Below the pieces are notes generated by a model. The model saw only the letters and a list, made by a program, of their open reading frames with translations, was not told the origin of the DNA and searched no databases. From Gordonia sp. (in: high G+C Gram-positive bacteria) (lineage in GTDB: Bacteria; Actinomycetota; Actinomycetes; Mycobacteriales; Mycobacteriaceae), in the NCBI RefSeq assembly GCF_049299075.1, contig NZ_JBAQWU010000312.1, positions 1-33,239 of the forward strand: a DNA stretch of 33,239 bases. Direction: 5' to 3'. Positions 7,848 to 16,997 of the stretch are shown piece after piece. Numbering within the stretch: the stretch's first letter is position 1; every line of letters begins with the position of its first letter. The translations under genes were made by a program, and so were the position numbers.

Positions 7848-9780
7848 GTTTGTCGCGTCGGATGCCGCGCCACGATGGATGTCGCAAGTGTCCGGTCGAC
7901 GTCCAATCCAGGAACTGGACGTCGGCCACCAATTTCGGCAGTACCCACGTTGCACTCGAGGCGACCGGGGTGTCGATGCCGCCGAGGAAGGGGCACCGGC
8001 TGATGGCGAGCGGCTTGAGCTCGGCGAGGATCTCCGCGGCTTGGGCCTGGGTCCAGCCGGTGCCGACGCGGCCGACATAGCGCAGGCCGTTCTCCTCGGG
8101 CAGACCCACGATCACCGATCCGAGCGTCTTCGCGGTGCCCTCGCGGCCGTAGCGGAAGCCGCCGATCACGACTTCGACGTCGTTCCAGTTCTTCTGCTTG
8201 CGCCAGTCGGGGCTCCGCGCGCCCTGCCGATAGGGCGCGGACCGGCGCTTGGCCACGACTCCCTCCCAGCCATGGCGCCGAGCCTCACCGACGGCGAAGC
8301 CGGCGTCGCCGTTGAGCACCGGTGGGACCTCGACGGCGGGGACGCCGTCGAACAGTGGCGCCAGTGATTCGAGCACCGCGCGCCGTCGTTCCCACGGCGT
8401 GTTCTCCAGGTTGGTTCCGTCGAGTGCGAGGATGTCGAAGAGGAACATCTTCAGTTGGTACTCGTCGGGTCGGCGACGGCGGCCGGCAAGTAGCGTGAAG
8501 TCCGCCTGCCCGGCCGCGTTGACGGCCACCACCTCGCCGTCGAGTACCGCGTCGTGGCCGTGCAGTGCCTCGCCCAGCGCAGCGAGTTCGGGGAAGTCGG
8601 CCGTCATGTCGATCCCGGATCGTGAGCGCAGCGTCAGTCTGCCGTCGGCGAATCGGGCCAGGATCCGGTAGCCGTCCCACTTGCCCTCGAACGCCCAGTC
8701 GTCGGACCCGAGCTGCTCGATCGACTCGTCGACGGCGAGCATAGGTCGTAACGGGGTGGCTGCGGCGGCCGCGGGCGCGGCCTCCGGTGCACGTGGCTGG
8801 CCGGGTGGCGGACCGCTGGGTCGGGCCGTCGTTGTGCCGGTCCGGCTCCGGCGATAGCTGCCGAGATCGACGACGCCGTCGGGCGATTCCGCACTCGGAG
8901 CGAGGTCCAAGCCGGCGAGCAGGTCGCCGGATTCGGTGAACCGATCGAGTACTTCCCGATACTGCAGTTGCGTTAGATCCGGTGCGGCGAGCTCGGTCCA
9001 CTCCCGCGGCGCAGCCGCCCACGGGAACTCCCGGCCGCGCAGCGAATACGGCGCCAGCGTGGTCTTCGCGGCACTGTTCTGGCTCCAGTCCACAAAGATC
9101 TTTCCGGGCCGCGCTGCCTTACTCATCGAGGCGGTCACGTCGTCGGGATAGGCCTGCTCCAGTGACGTCGCGATTTCCTTGGCGACGGCGCGGGCGGAGT
9201 CTGCGCGCACTGTCGCGGGCAGGCGGGCGTAGACGTGGATTCCGTGGCCTCCGCTGGTCACCGGATACGACGCCATCCCCGCCGACGTCAGCACGTCGCG
9301 GATGATCAGCGCGACCTGTCCACACTGAGATAACGGGACGTCCGGACCCGGATCCAGATCGAGAACCAGCCGCCGGGTGCGGCGCTCCGGGTGGTCTCCG
9401 GTGTCTGACGACAGGTCGATGCGCCACTGTGGGACGTGGAGCTCTAGGGCCGCCATCTGCGCAAACCAGACGAGTGTCGCGGCGTTGGTCGCCACCGGAT
9501 AGGTCTTGTCGCCGCTGGCGTGCTCGATGGTGAACCGCGGGATCCACGCCGGTGACCCCGCGGGCAGTGTCTTCTCGAAGAACGGTGCGGAACTGGTGCC
9601 CGACGGCCATCGCTTGCGGGTGACCGGGCGGGAGGCCACATGCGGCAAGATCGCGTCGGCGATCGCCAGGTAGTAGGCGATGACATCGTACTTCCGGGTT
9701 CCGGCAGCAGGGTAGAGGACGCGGTTGAGATTGGTCAGCGCAATCGCATGGCCGTCCACTTCCACATCGGATCTGCTCAT
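7819..9780 (-). CDS. ligD: NHEJ DNA ligase D (primase-polymerase plus ATP-dependent ligase domains; no phosphoesterase domain)
   Basis: Polymerase motifs: LTNLNRVLYP, RPVTRKRWPSG, LVLDLDPG, IFVDWSQN..KTTLAPYSLRGR. Ligase motifs: EGKWDGYR, LDGEVV, FDIL, EGVVAKR, WRKQK, YVGRVGTG, HLRHPSWRGIR.DK. Start ATG 9780 (GTG 9795 is an alternative). Confidence 0.93.
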   Translation of the reverse strand: MSRSDVEVDGHAIALTNLNRVLYPAAGTRKYDVIAYYLAIADAILPHVASRPVTRKRWPSGTSSAPFFEKTLPAGSPAWIPRFTIEHASGDKTYPVATNAATLVWFAQMAALELHVPQWRIDLSSDTGDHPERRTRRLVLDLDPGPDVPLSQCGQVALIIRDVLTSAGMASYPVTSGGHGIHVYARLPATVRADSARAVAKEIATSLEQAYPDDVTASMSKAARPGKIFVDWSQNSAAKTTLAPYSLRGREFPWAAAPREWTELAAPDLTQLQYREVLDRFTESGDLLAGLDLAPSAESPDGVVDLGSYRRSRTGTTTARPSGPPPGQPRAPEAAPAAAAATPLRPMLAVDESIEQLGSDDWAFEGKWDGYRILARFADGRLTLRSRSGIDMTADFPELAALGEALHGHDAVLDGEVVAVNAAGQADFTLLAGRRRRPDEYQLKMFLFDILALDGTNLENTPWERRRAVLESLAPLFDGVPAVEVPPVLNGDAGFAVGEARRHGWEGVVAKRRSAPYRQGARSPDWRKQKNWNDVEVVIGGFRYGREGTAKTLGSVIVGLPEENGLRYVGRVGTGWTQAQAAEILAELKPLAISRCPFLGGIDTPVASSATWVLPKLVADVQFLDWTSTGHLRHPSWRGIRRDKLPGDLQGDL

Positions 9781-9875
9781 GAATCCTATTCTCACCTGTT
9801 CCCATCCCGGGCCGAGCCGCCTACGGTGGAGAGCACCCCGATCCTCCGAATTGGTTTGACGTGAAAGGCGGAATC

Positions 9876-10415
9876 ATGAGAAGCGGCCACCGGAACCTGC
9901 TGGCGAGTGCACTGGCCGCCGTGGCGCTCGGCGCGGGTGCGGTGACTATCGTCGCCCCCGCCGAGGCTGCGCCGCAGTGTCCCGGCAACGTCAACGCCCG
10001 CAGCGCAGCCGCGCTGACCGCCGCCGCGCTGCGCGAGAGCTGCACTCAGGGCCAGTTCGACCGGCTCTTCACCGCCGCGGAAGCCGCGAAGATGCCGATG
10101 GGCACGATGAACGGTCAGACCCGGCCCGTCGGCGGTCCGAATGTTGCGGCGTCCTCGGCGGCGTCAGCGATCTGGGCCGGAAAGACCTTCCATCGTGGAT
10201 GGCTCACGAATCGGGCCTTCGGCGGCGAGGTCCTGCCCGCCGATGTCTACTATGCGCGTTCGGTTCTCGACGGTAAGCGGGTGATCCGCATCGATTACCG
10301 ACGGAGCGGACTGCCCTTCGCGCACGACGAACTACGGCGCCTGCCCAACGGTGTCTACCTCGGCTACGGCTTCCTCGGCGCCAGCAAGGCCGTGGACTTC
10401 TGGGTCTGGCAGTAG
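9876..10415 (+). CDS. Secreted hypothetical protein (signal peptide; probable beta-barrel)
   Basis: Basic N-terminus, hydrophobic LLASALAAVALGAGAVTIV, A-E-A cleavage site, two Cys, WAGKTF and SVLDG..IRIDY..HDELR..GVYLG motifs; GAAAGG upstream of ATG 9876. Confidence 0.78.
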   Translation: MRSGHRNLLASALAAVALGAGAVTIVAPAEAAPQCPGNVNARSAAALTAAALRESCTQGQFDRLFTAAEAAKMPMGTMNGQTRPVGGPNVAASSAASAIWAGKTFHRGWLTNRAFGGEVLPADVYYARSVLDGKRVIRIDYRRSGLPFAHDELRRLPNGVYLGYGFLGASKAVDFWVWQ

Positions 10416-10449
10416 CCCCGACGGTCGATCGGAAAGGCGGTGTGAACTC

Positions 10450-11337
10450 ATGCGTTCCATCTGGAAGGGTGATCTCAGCTTTGGGCTCGTCAATGTGCCG
10501 GTGAAGGTCTATTCGGCGATCGAGAGTCACGACCGCACCTCGCATCAGGTCGACGCGAAGGACGGCACCCGGATCCGGTACCGGCGGGTCCGGGAGGGCA
10601 CGGACGTCGAGGTCGACTACGCCAACCTTGCCAACGCCTACGAGAGTGACGCGGGAAAGCCCGTCATCCTCACCAAAGAAGACCTCGCGACGCTACCGGT
10701 AAACCGCAGCCCGGAAATTTCAATCATCGAGTTCGTACCCGCTGACCAGGTCGATCCGATCTACTTCGATAAGCCGTACTATCTGGAGCCGTCGTCTAAG
10801 TCGCCCAAGGCGTACACACTGCTTGCGCAGGCGCTGGCGAGCGCTGATCGTCTCGCGATTGCCACGTTCACCCTGCGCAGCCGGACATCGCTGGCGGCCC
10901 TGCGCGTCGTCGACAAGGTGATCACGCTCCAGACGCTGCGGTGGCCGGACGAGGTTCGCAAACCCGACTTTGCGTTCCTCGATGACGATGTCGAGATCCG
11001 TCCGCAGGAGCTGGAGATGGCCTCGTCGCTGATCGGGACGATGGCCACGGACTTCGATCCCGATCAGTATCAGGATGTGTACGAGCAGGAACTCGCTAAG
11101 CTCATTGAAGCGAAAGCTGCTGGCGCGCAGGCCTTCCCGGATACTGCCGAGAAGCCAACCGCCGACGACGACGAAGTGGCCGATCTGCTTGCCGCGTTGC
11201 GGGCCTCGGTGAAGGACCGGGCCGGAGTGGAATCTGGCGCCGAACCGAAGGCAGCCGCCACAACGGGGCCTGTCAAGAAGGCAACTGCGAAAAAGGCTGC
11301 CAAGAAGACGGCGGCGAAGACGCCGAAGTCTGCCTGA
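10450..11337 (+). CDS. ku: NHEJ DNA end-binding protein Ku
   Basis: MRSIWKGDLSFGLVNVPVKVYSA, EFVPADQVDPIYFDKPYYLEP, TLRWPDEVR, DLLAALRASV, Lys/Ala-rich tail; GAAAGG upstream of ATG 10450. Confidence 0.97.
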   Translation: MRSIWKGDLSFGLVNVPVKVYSAIESHDRTSHQVDAKDGTRIRYRRVREGTDVEVDYANLANAYESDAGKPVILTKEDLATLPVNRSPEISIIEFVPADQVDPIYFDKPYYLEPSSKSPKAYTLLAQALASADRLAIATFTLRSRTSLAALRVVDKVITLQTLRWPDEVRKPDFAFLDDDVEIRPQELEMASSLIGTMATDFDPDQYQDVYEQELAKLIEAKAAGAQAFPDTAEKPTADDDEVADLLAALRASVKDRAGVESGAEPKAAATTGPVKKATAKKAAKKTAAKTPKSA

Positions 11338-11352
11338 AGAGAAGGGAAGAGT

Positions 11353-12882
11353 GTGTCGCAGAACGACATTGAGAGTTACGACCTCCTGATCGTGGGGGCC
11401 GGGCTTTCCGGGATCGACGCCGCCTACCGGTTGACCGAGCGAAACCCGGAGCTGAAGTACCTCATCGTTGAACAGCGCGATCGCATCGGCGGCACCTGGG
11501 ATTTGTTTCGCTACCCCGGTGTGCGCAGCGATTCGGACATCTTCACGCTCAGCTTCCCGTGGAACCCGTGGCGCGGCACCCGGACGTTCGCCGAAGGCGG
11601 CGAGATCCGTGACTATCTGGAGACCACGGCCCGCGACTTCGGGATTTATCCGCACATTCGGTTCCGCACCCAGGTGCTCGCGGCGGACTTCTCCACCGAG
11701 ACTGACCTGTGGAGCGTCGATCTGCTGGTCGAGGGGGAACCGCAGACCGTCACCGCCCGCTTCTTCTACGCATGCACCGGGTACTACCGGTACGACGCGG
11801 GCTACCGCCCGGAGTTCCCCGGCGAGGCCGACTTCACCGGGCAGATCGTGCACCCGCAGTTCTGGCCGGAAGACTTCGACTACGCCGGGAAGAAGATCGT
11901 CGTGATCGGAAGCGGGGCGACGGCGGTGACGTTGGTGCCTGCCATGGTCGATACCGCGGGGACCGTCACTATGCTCCAGCGATCGCCGACCTACATGTTT
12001 GCGCGCGGTTCGGTGGACCCGATGACCAAGCTGGCGCAGCGGGTGCTGCCCGCGCAGTTGGCGCACGACGTCACCCGTCACCGGAACACGCTGTTGACCA
12101 TGGTGCCTTTTCTGGTCGCCAAGCGATGGCCCAACGCATCGCGGAAGATATTGCGGCGCATGGCAACTCACTATCTGCCTGACGACTACGACGTCGACCT
12201 GCACTTCAAGCCGACCTATGATCCGTGGGATCAGCGGCTCTGCGTCATTCCCGACGGTGATCTCTACAAGGTGATCGCCGATGGCAAGGCTGAGGTCGTG
12301 ACCGACACCATTGAGAAGTTCACCCCGACCGGCATCGCGCTCACCGGTGGTCGGGAGTTGGTCGCCGACATCATCATCACTGCGACCGGACTCGACCTGG
12401 TGGCCTTCGGCGGAATCGACGTGTCGGTCGACGGCGTCGAGGTGGATCCTAGCGAGCATTACGGCTATCGCGCCTACATGCTCAACGACGTCCCGAACTT
12501 CGCCTGGTCGGTCGGCTATACGAATGCCTCGTGGACGCTGCGCGTGGATCTCACCAGCAAGGCCGTCGCCGAACTGATCGCGTACATGCGCGAGCGCGGC
12601 TACACCCGGGCCTATCCGTCCCTGCACGGCGCCGAGCCGCCAGCGCACGCCTTCTTCGAGCTCGACTCCGGCTACATCAAGCGCGCCGGGACCCGGCTCC
12701 CCAAGGCCGGAGACCGAGCTCCCTGGCAGGTGCGGCACAACGCCGCCGTCGATGCCTGGGACGCCCGCCGATACGACGTCACCGAGGAGATGGTTTTCTC
12801 GCGGGCACCGCAGATGGCGGGCCCGGCGATTGATGGCGAGCTCGGCGATCGGGCACCGGAGCAGGAGGAGACAGTCGAATGA
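11353..12882 (+). CDS. Baeyer-Villiger monooxygenase (EthA/MymA-like)
   Basis: GAGLSG, GGTWDLFRYPGVRSDSD, BVMO fingerprint FTGQIVHPQFWP, GSGATA, PTYDPWDQRLC, GYTNASWTLR. Confidence 0.92.
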   Translation: MSQNDIESYDLLIVGAGLSGIDAAYRLTERNPELKYLIVEQRDRIGGTWDLFRYPGVRSDSDIFTLSFPWNPWRGTRTFAEGGEIRDYLETTARDFGIYPHIRFRTQVLAADFSTETDLWSVDLLVEGEPQTVTARFFYACTGYYRYDAGYRPEFPGEADFTGQIVHPQFWPEDFDYAGKKIVVIGSGATAVTLVPAMVDTAGTVTMLQRSPTYMFARGSVDPMTKLAQRVLPAQLAHDVTRHRNTLLTMVPFLVAKRWPNASRKILRRMATHYLPDDYDVDLHFKPTYDPWDQRLCVIPDGDLYKVIADGKAEVVTDTIEKFTPTGIALTGGRELVADIIITATGLDLVAFGGIDVSVDGVEVDPSEHYGYRAYMLNDVPNFAWSVGYTNASWTLRVDLTSKAVAELIAYMRERGYTRAYPSLHGAEPPAHAFFELDSGYIKRAGTRLPKAGDRAPWQVRHNAAVDAWDARRYDVTEEMVFSRAPQMAGPAIDGELGDRAPEQEETVE

Positions 12883-13358
12883 CCCTGACCTATGAACAGG
12901 CAGTAGAACGGTTCTTCGAGCGGATGGAGTCGCAGCACATCAGCGAGCCCGCCGAGCTCGATGCGATCTGGGCGCACCTGCCGACCGTCACCGTCGACGA
13001 GATCTTGGGGGACTGGCGGGGCGGTGAACTTCCGTCCGGGCATGCGATGGACGGACAGCTGGCGAAGGTCTCCTGGCACGGCAAGTGGTTCCGCTCGCGC
13101 TACGAGGTCGCCCCGATGGTCTGCCGCGACACCGAAGGGCATCTGTACTCCAACACCGAGCTCGGGAACGGTGAGGCCAGCCTCTGGCCGGTCGAGTTCC
13201 GCGGCGAGGTGACGGCTTCGATGGTCTACGACGGCCAGCCGGTGATCGATCATTTCAAGCGGGTCGACGACCAGACCCTGATGGGGATCATGAACGGCAA
13301 GACCTCACTGGTTCGTGATCGGCACTTCTACTTCTATCTGCAGCGCGACGAATCCTGA
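12879..13358 (+). CDS. GXWXG / DUF4334 domain protein
   Basis: LGDWRGG (GXWXG), WHGKWF, FRGEVTASMVYDGQPVIDHFKRVD..LMGIMNGK; ATGA overlap with the BVMO stop. Confidence 0.85.
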   Translation: MTLTYEQAVERFFERMESQHISEPAELDAIWAHLPTVTVDEILGDWRGGELPSGHAMDGQLAKVSWHGKWFRSRYEVAPMVCRDTEGHLYSNTELGNGEASLWPVEFRGEVTASMVYDGQPVIDHFKRVDDQTLMGIMNGKTSLVRDRHFYFYLQRDES

Positions 13359-13375
13359 GTGCGAAGGACGGTGAG

Positions 13376-14677
13376 ATGGTCTCGGTGAACCTGGTGGCCG
13401 GGAACTGGGGGAGGTCCCGGCAGAACGAGGTCTATACGGCCGGGATTCACGGACGGAAGCCCACTGTCCCTACGGATTTCGCTGAATTGGAACGTCGGGC
13501 GAAGGCCACAATGTCGCGGCGTGGCTGGGCGTACATCGCTGGCGGCGCAGGCGAGGGCCGCACTATGGCGGCAAACCGAGTCGCGCTGGACCGGTGGGCG
13601 ATTGTCCCGCGCGTCTTGCGTGACGTGAGCCAGCGGACGATGGAGATCGAACTCTTCGGCCAAAAGCTTTCTGCGCCAGTGCTTTTCGCGCCGGTGGGCG
13701 CGGGAGCGCTCGCGTATCCGGACGCCGACGTACACATCGGGCGAGCGGCTGCGCAGCTCGGTGTGCCGTACATTTTCTCCAACCAGGGCTGCGCGCCGAT
13801 GGAAGAGGTGGCCGCCGCCATGGACGCGGTGACGCCGAATGCGCCGCGCTGGTTCCAGCTGTACTGGTCCACCGATGACCGCCTCGTCGACAGCCTCATC
13901 GCGCGCGCGGAGAAGATGGGTGCGGCCGCCCTGACGGTCACCCTGGACACCACCATGTTGGGCTGGCGTCCGCAGGATCTTAACCTCGGTTCGCTCCCCT
14001 TCGCCCGGGCCGAGGGCATCGATCAGTACACCTCGGATCCGTCGTTCTGGGAGATCGTCGCCGAGCGGATGAAGGGCACGCCGGCCGAGAAGCCGGAGAT
14101 CTCCCTCGGTGCGGTCAAGACGCTTTTCTTGATCGCCAAGAACGTGCCCGGCGATCTCAAAAAGAATCTGACCGCCCCGCAACCGCGGGCGGCGGTGCAG
14201 ACCTTCTTGGACATCTACTCGAACCCGGCGCTGACCTGGGACGACATCGCCTCGCTTCGGCGGAAGACGACGCTACCGATCGTGCTCAAAGGCATCTTGC
14301 ATCCCGACGATGCGCGCCAGGCGGTCGAACTCGGAATAGACGGCCTCATCGTCTCCAATCACGGCGGGCGGCAGATCGACGGCGAGATCTCGTCGACCGA
14401 TGCCCTGATCGACGTCGTCGAGGCGGTCGGGGGGCAGACGAGGATCCTCGTCGATTCGGGTTTCTACACCGGTGCCGATGTCTTCAAAGCCCTCGCGCTC
14501 GGTGCCGACGCCGTCTGTATCGGCCGACCGCACATGTACGGCCTTGCCCTCGGCGGTGCCGACGGTGCGCGGGACGCGGTGGCGAACATTCTGGCCGAGC
14601 TGGATCTGACGCTCGGCTTGTCCGGGCACACGAGCATCGCTGATCTGGATCGGACAGCCCTCAAAGACTTGAAGTGA
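13376..14677 (+). CDS. FMN-dependent alpha-hydroxy acid oxidase, lactate 2-monooxygenase-like
   Basis: YIAGGAG, PRVLRDV, APVG, WFQLYW, TLDT..LGWRPQDL, LKGILHPDDA, SNHGGRQIDG, DSG. Confidence 0.9.
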   Translation: MVSVNLVAGNWGRSRQNEVYTAGIHGRKPTVPTDFAELERRAKATMSRRGWAYIAGGAGEGRTMAANRVALDRWAIVPRVLRDVSQRTMEIELFGQKLSAPVLFAPVGAGALAYPDADVHIGRAAAQLGVPYIFSNQGCAPMEEVAAAMDAVTPNAPRWFQLYWSTDDRLVDSLIARAEKMGAAALTVTLDTTMLGWRPQDLNLGSLPFARAEGIDQYTSDPSFWEIVAERMKGTPAEKPEISLGAVKTLFLIAKNVPGDLKKNLTAPQPRAAVQTFLDIYSNPALTWDDIASLRRKTTLPIVLKGILHPDDARQAVELGIDGLIVSNHGGRQIDGEISSTDALIDVVEAVGGQTRILVDSGFYTGADVFKALALGADAVCIGRPHMYGLALGGADGARDAVANILAELDLTLGLSGHTSIADLDRTALKDLK

Positions 14678-14728
14678 CCACGACGTCCCCGCCGTCGGTC
14701 GAGCAGTGGTGGGCGGATCGCGGTTCGA

Positions 14729-15619
14729 TCAGACCAGGGGGCGGCCGGTACGGCGGCGCCAGTTCAGGTCGGCGAGAAGCAGATTGAACGGGAACACTCG
14801 GATCGGCGTCGGCATGAACCTGAGCGCCACCCGCGCGATGCGGTTGTGGGTGTCGAAGAAGCGTCGCTGCGCGGGGGACATCTCGACGCCCATCTTGGTG
14901 CGGAAGTCCGCGGGGAGGAATCCGAAGGTCATGGTTTTGGAGAACCACGTCGCCACCCGGCTGAGGGGCCGCAGGCCAAGGTCCATTCCGACGATGCGCA
15001 TCAGGTAGGTGCGGATGGTGTCGTCGATCTCCAGTTCGGCGACGGTCTGGTCCCAATACGCCTCGAAGTCGGCGCGCGTGGCTGGCCACATGTCGCGTGG
15101 CATCTGCAGGGTGGTGCCCATGACGGCGCCCTGCTGGTAGGCCTCCTCGGTGATCTTCGCCGGATCGCCATAGATGCGCTGGATGTCTTCCCAGCCGCGA
15201 TACAGGCAGGCGGCCACCCACAACTGCAGCTGCGGATCGAAGGCGTTGTATTTCACCGGGCTGTCGTCGCTGGACCGCACGTAGGCGTGCGACTTGTTCA
15301 CCGCCTGCCGGTAGGCCTTGCGCACTTCGGGACTGCCCATGCCGGCCACCGCGAGGTAGGTCAGCGTAGTGCGGGCGCGTTTGACCGGATGTTTGAACAG
15401 GTTGCCTGATTCGACGGTGCTCTCGTACACGCCGTAGCCGACGGCGGGAACGGCGAGTTGCATGATCACATTGGCGGGGCCCGCGAGCAGCGCGAGACCG
15501 ATCATGTCGAGGTCGGAAACCTCGGCGCGGTCGAGTTCTTCGCGCCGGGACCGCGGCATGTTCTCGGCGCCTACGGCGAGGGTGTCCGCCTGCTGGCGGG
15601 TCACGGCTTCTGCGGGCAT
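14729..15619 (-). CDS. Oxygenase MpaB / DUF2236 family protein
   Basis: ANVIMQLAVPAVGYGVYES.VESG, HPVKRARTTLTY, YNAFDPQLQLWVAACLY, GTTLQMP.DMWP; GGAGTGGAG before ATG 15619. Confidence 0.88.
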   Translation of the reverse strand: MPAEAVTRQQADTLAVGAENMPRSRREELDRAEVSDLDMIGLALLAGPANVIMQLAVPAVGYGVYESTVESGNLFKHPVKRARTTLTYLAVAGMGSPEVRKAYRQAVNKSHAYVRSSDDSPVKYNAFDPQLQLWVAACLYRGWEDIQRIYGDPAKITEEAYQQGAVMGTTLQMPRDMWPATRADFEAYWDQTVAELEIDDTIRTYLMRIVGMDLGLRPLSRVATWFSKTMTFGFLPADFRTKMGVEMSPAQRRFFDTHNRIARVALRFMPTPIRVFPFNLLLADLNWRRRTGRPLV

Positions 15620-15635
15620 CTCCACTCCAATCATC

Positions 15636-15653
15636 TGATAACAAACGTTGCCA
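15636..15653. promoter_or_regulatory. Imperfect palindrome in the mpaB-like/TetR divergent spacer (candidate operator)
   Basis: TGatAAC-aaac-GTTgcCA in an AT-rich patch between divergent genes. Confidence 0.4.
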
Positions 15654-15704
15654 CTTATTGGCATCGATTCAACGCGGACTGCCGTCGAGTGTCAAGATGG
15701 TGGG

Positions 15705-16355
15705 GTGACCGCGTCTGATCCCCTGACCGAGACGCCGCTACGGGCCTATGGCGGCGAAACCGGGGACACTCGTGTGTCCCGCCGCCGCGCGACGCTGATC
15801 GAGGCGACGCTGGACCTGCTGGCCGAATCGGAGGCGGGGGCGGTGACAGTCCGGGGCATCTGTGCCCGCGCCGAACTCACGCCGCGCTATTTCTATGAGA
15901 GCTTCACCGGTGTCGACGATCTGGTGGCGGCGACGTACGACGGGGTGATTGCCGAGATCGCCGAGAAGACCCTCGCTGGTTTCGCGGTGGGCGAGGAGTT
16001 GCCCGAGAAGGTGGCTAATGCCGTGCGCGCGTTGGTCGGCATTATCGATTCCGATCCACGCAAAGGCAATCTGCTCTTCGCCGACACCCTGCGCAGCCCG
16101 GTGGTCGCGGCCAAACGCGATGAATCGACTCGTCTGTTCGTCAGCCTGACCACCCGATCGGCGATCCAGGCGACCGGTCTTGCGCCCGGCCCGGAAATCA
16201 CCGCGGCGGCCTACTTTCAGGTCGGCGGCCTCGGTCGGATCCTCGCCGCATGGACGCAGGGCGCCCTGGAACTCGATCGCGAACGCCTCATCGACCTGTG
16301 TGTCGCGATGATGCTGCCGCACGGGAACGACGGGTCCTCGGCGGCGGCCCGATAG
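15705..16355 (+). CDS. TetR/AcrR family regulator
   Basis: RRATLIEATLDLL..VTVRGICARAELTPRYFYESF HTH; divergent from the DUF2236 gene. The start (GTG 15705) is uncertain. Confidence 0.88.
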   Translation: MTASDPLTETPLRAYGGETGDTRVSRRRATLIEATLDLLAESEAGAVTVRGICARAELTPRYFYESFTGVDDLVAATYDGVIAEIAEKTLAGFAVGEELPEKVANAVRALVGIIDSDPRKGNLLFADTLRSPVVAAKRDESTRLFVSLTTRSAIQATGLAPGPEITAAAYFQVGGLGRILAAWTQGALELDRERLIDLCVAMMLPHGNDGSSAAAR

Positions 16356-16365
16356 ATTCATGGGC

Positions 16366-16968
16366 ATGACGATGTGGCGTGACTACGGTCCGGCGGACCT
16401 GCCCCCGCCACTCGCCGCTGCGCTGGAAGCCTTCGCCGAGCACGGGTATCACGGCACCACGGTGCGCGACATCGCTGCGCGGGCGGGGCTCTCGGTGCCC
16501 GGCTTGTACCACCATTACCCGTCGAAACAGTCTCTGCTCCAAGGGCTTTCGGAAATCACCATGGCCGAACTGCTCGACCGGAGCGAAGCCGCGTTGGCCG
16601 AGGCCGGAGACGACCCGCTGGCCCGATTCGACGCACTGATCGAGTCGCTGCTGCGCTTCCACATGTATCGCCGCGCGCAAGCATTCGTCGGCTCGACGGA
16701 GATTCGCAGCATGGATCCGGAGTACCGCGAGATCTACGTCGGGCATCGTGATCGGCAGCAGCGTCTCGTCGACGAGGCCGTCGAGGCGGGTGTGCAGTCC
16801 GGGATCTTCCGGACCGCGTATCCGGCGGATGCGGGCCGCGCGCTGGCGACCCTGTGCGTCGGCGTCTCGACCTGGTATCACCCGGACGGGCCGCTCGGGC
16901 CGGACGAGATCGTCGAGCGGAACCTGCAGTTCGCGCGGGATCTGGTGGGATATCGTCCGACTGCTTGA
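16366..16968 (+). CDS. TetR family regulator (KstR2-like C-terminus)
   Basis: FAEHGYHGTTVRDIAARAGLSVPGLYHHYPSK, WYHPDGPL. TAGATT 7 nt before ATG 16366 suggests a leaderless start (ATG 16360 is an alternative). Confidence 0.92.
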   Translation: MTMWRDYGPADLPPPLAAALEAFAEHGYHGTTVRDIAARAGLSVPGLYHHYPSKQSLLQGLSEITMAELLDRSEAALAEAGDDPLARFDALIESLLRFHMYRRAQAFVGSTEIRSMDPEYREIYVGHRDRQQRLVDEAVEAGVQSGIFRTAYPADAGRALATLCVGVSTWYHPDGPLGPDEIVERNLQFARDLVGYRPTA

Positions 16969-16997
16969 CGGTCTGCCTCCGGGATGCGACGGTGTAC

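Noticed and set aside
11260..11334. Lys/Ala-rich repeat at the Ku C-terminus
   Set aside because: This is a known basic tail of many actinobacterial Ku proteins, not novel.
7819..11337. ku/ligD as prophage or mobile-element cargo
   Set aside because: No integrase, transposase, att-like repeats or phage genes are visible, and the flanking genes are ordinary metabolic genes.
10720..12738. 672-aa minus-strand ORF, and similar long ORFs at 1391-2788, 5646-7316, 17644-19260 and 19206-20720
   Set aside because: All lie antisense to well-supported genes and have the composition typical of shadow frames.
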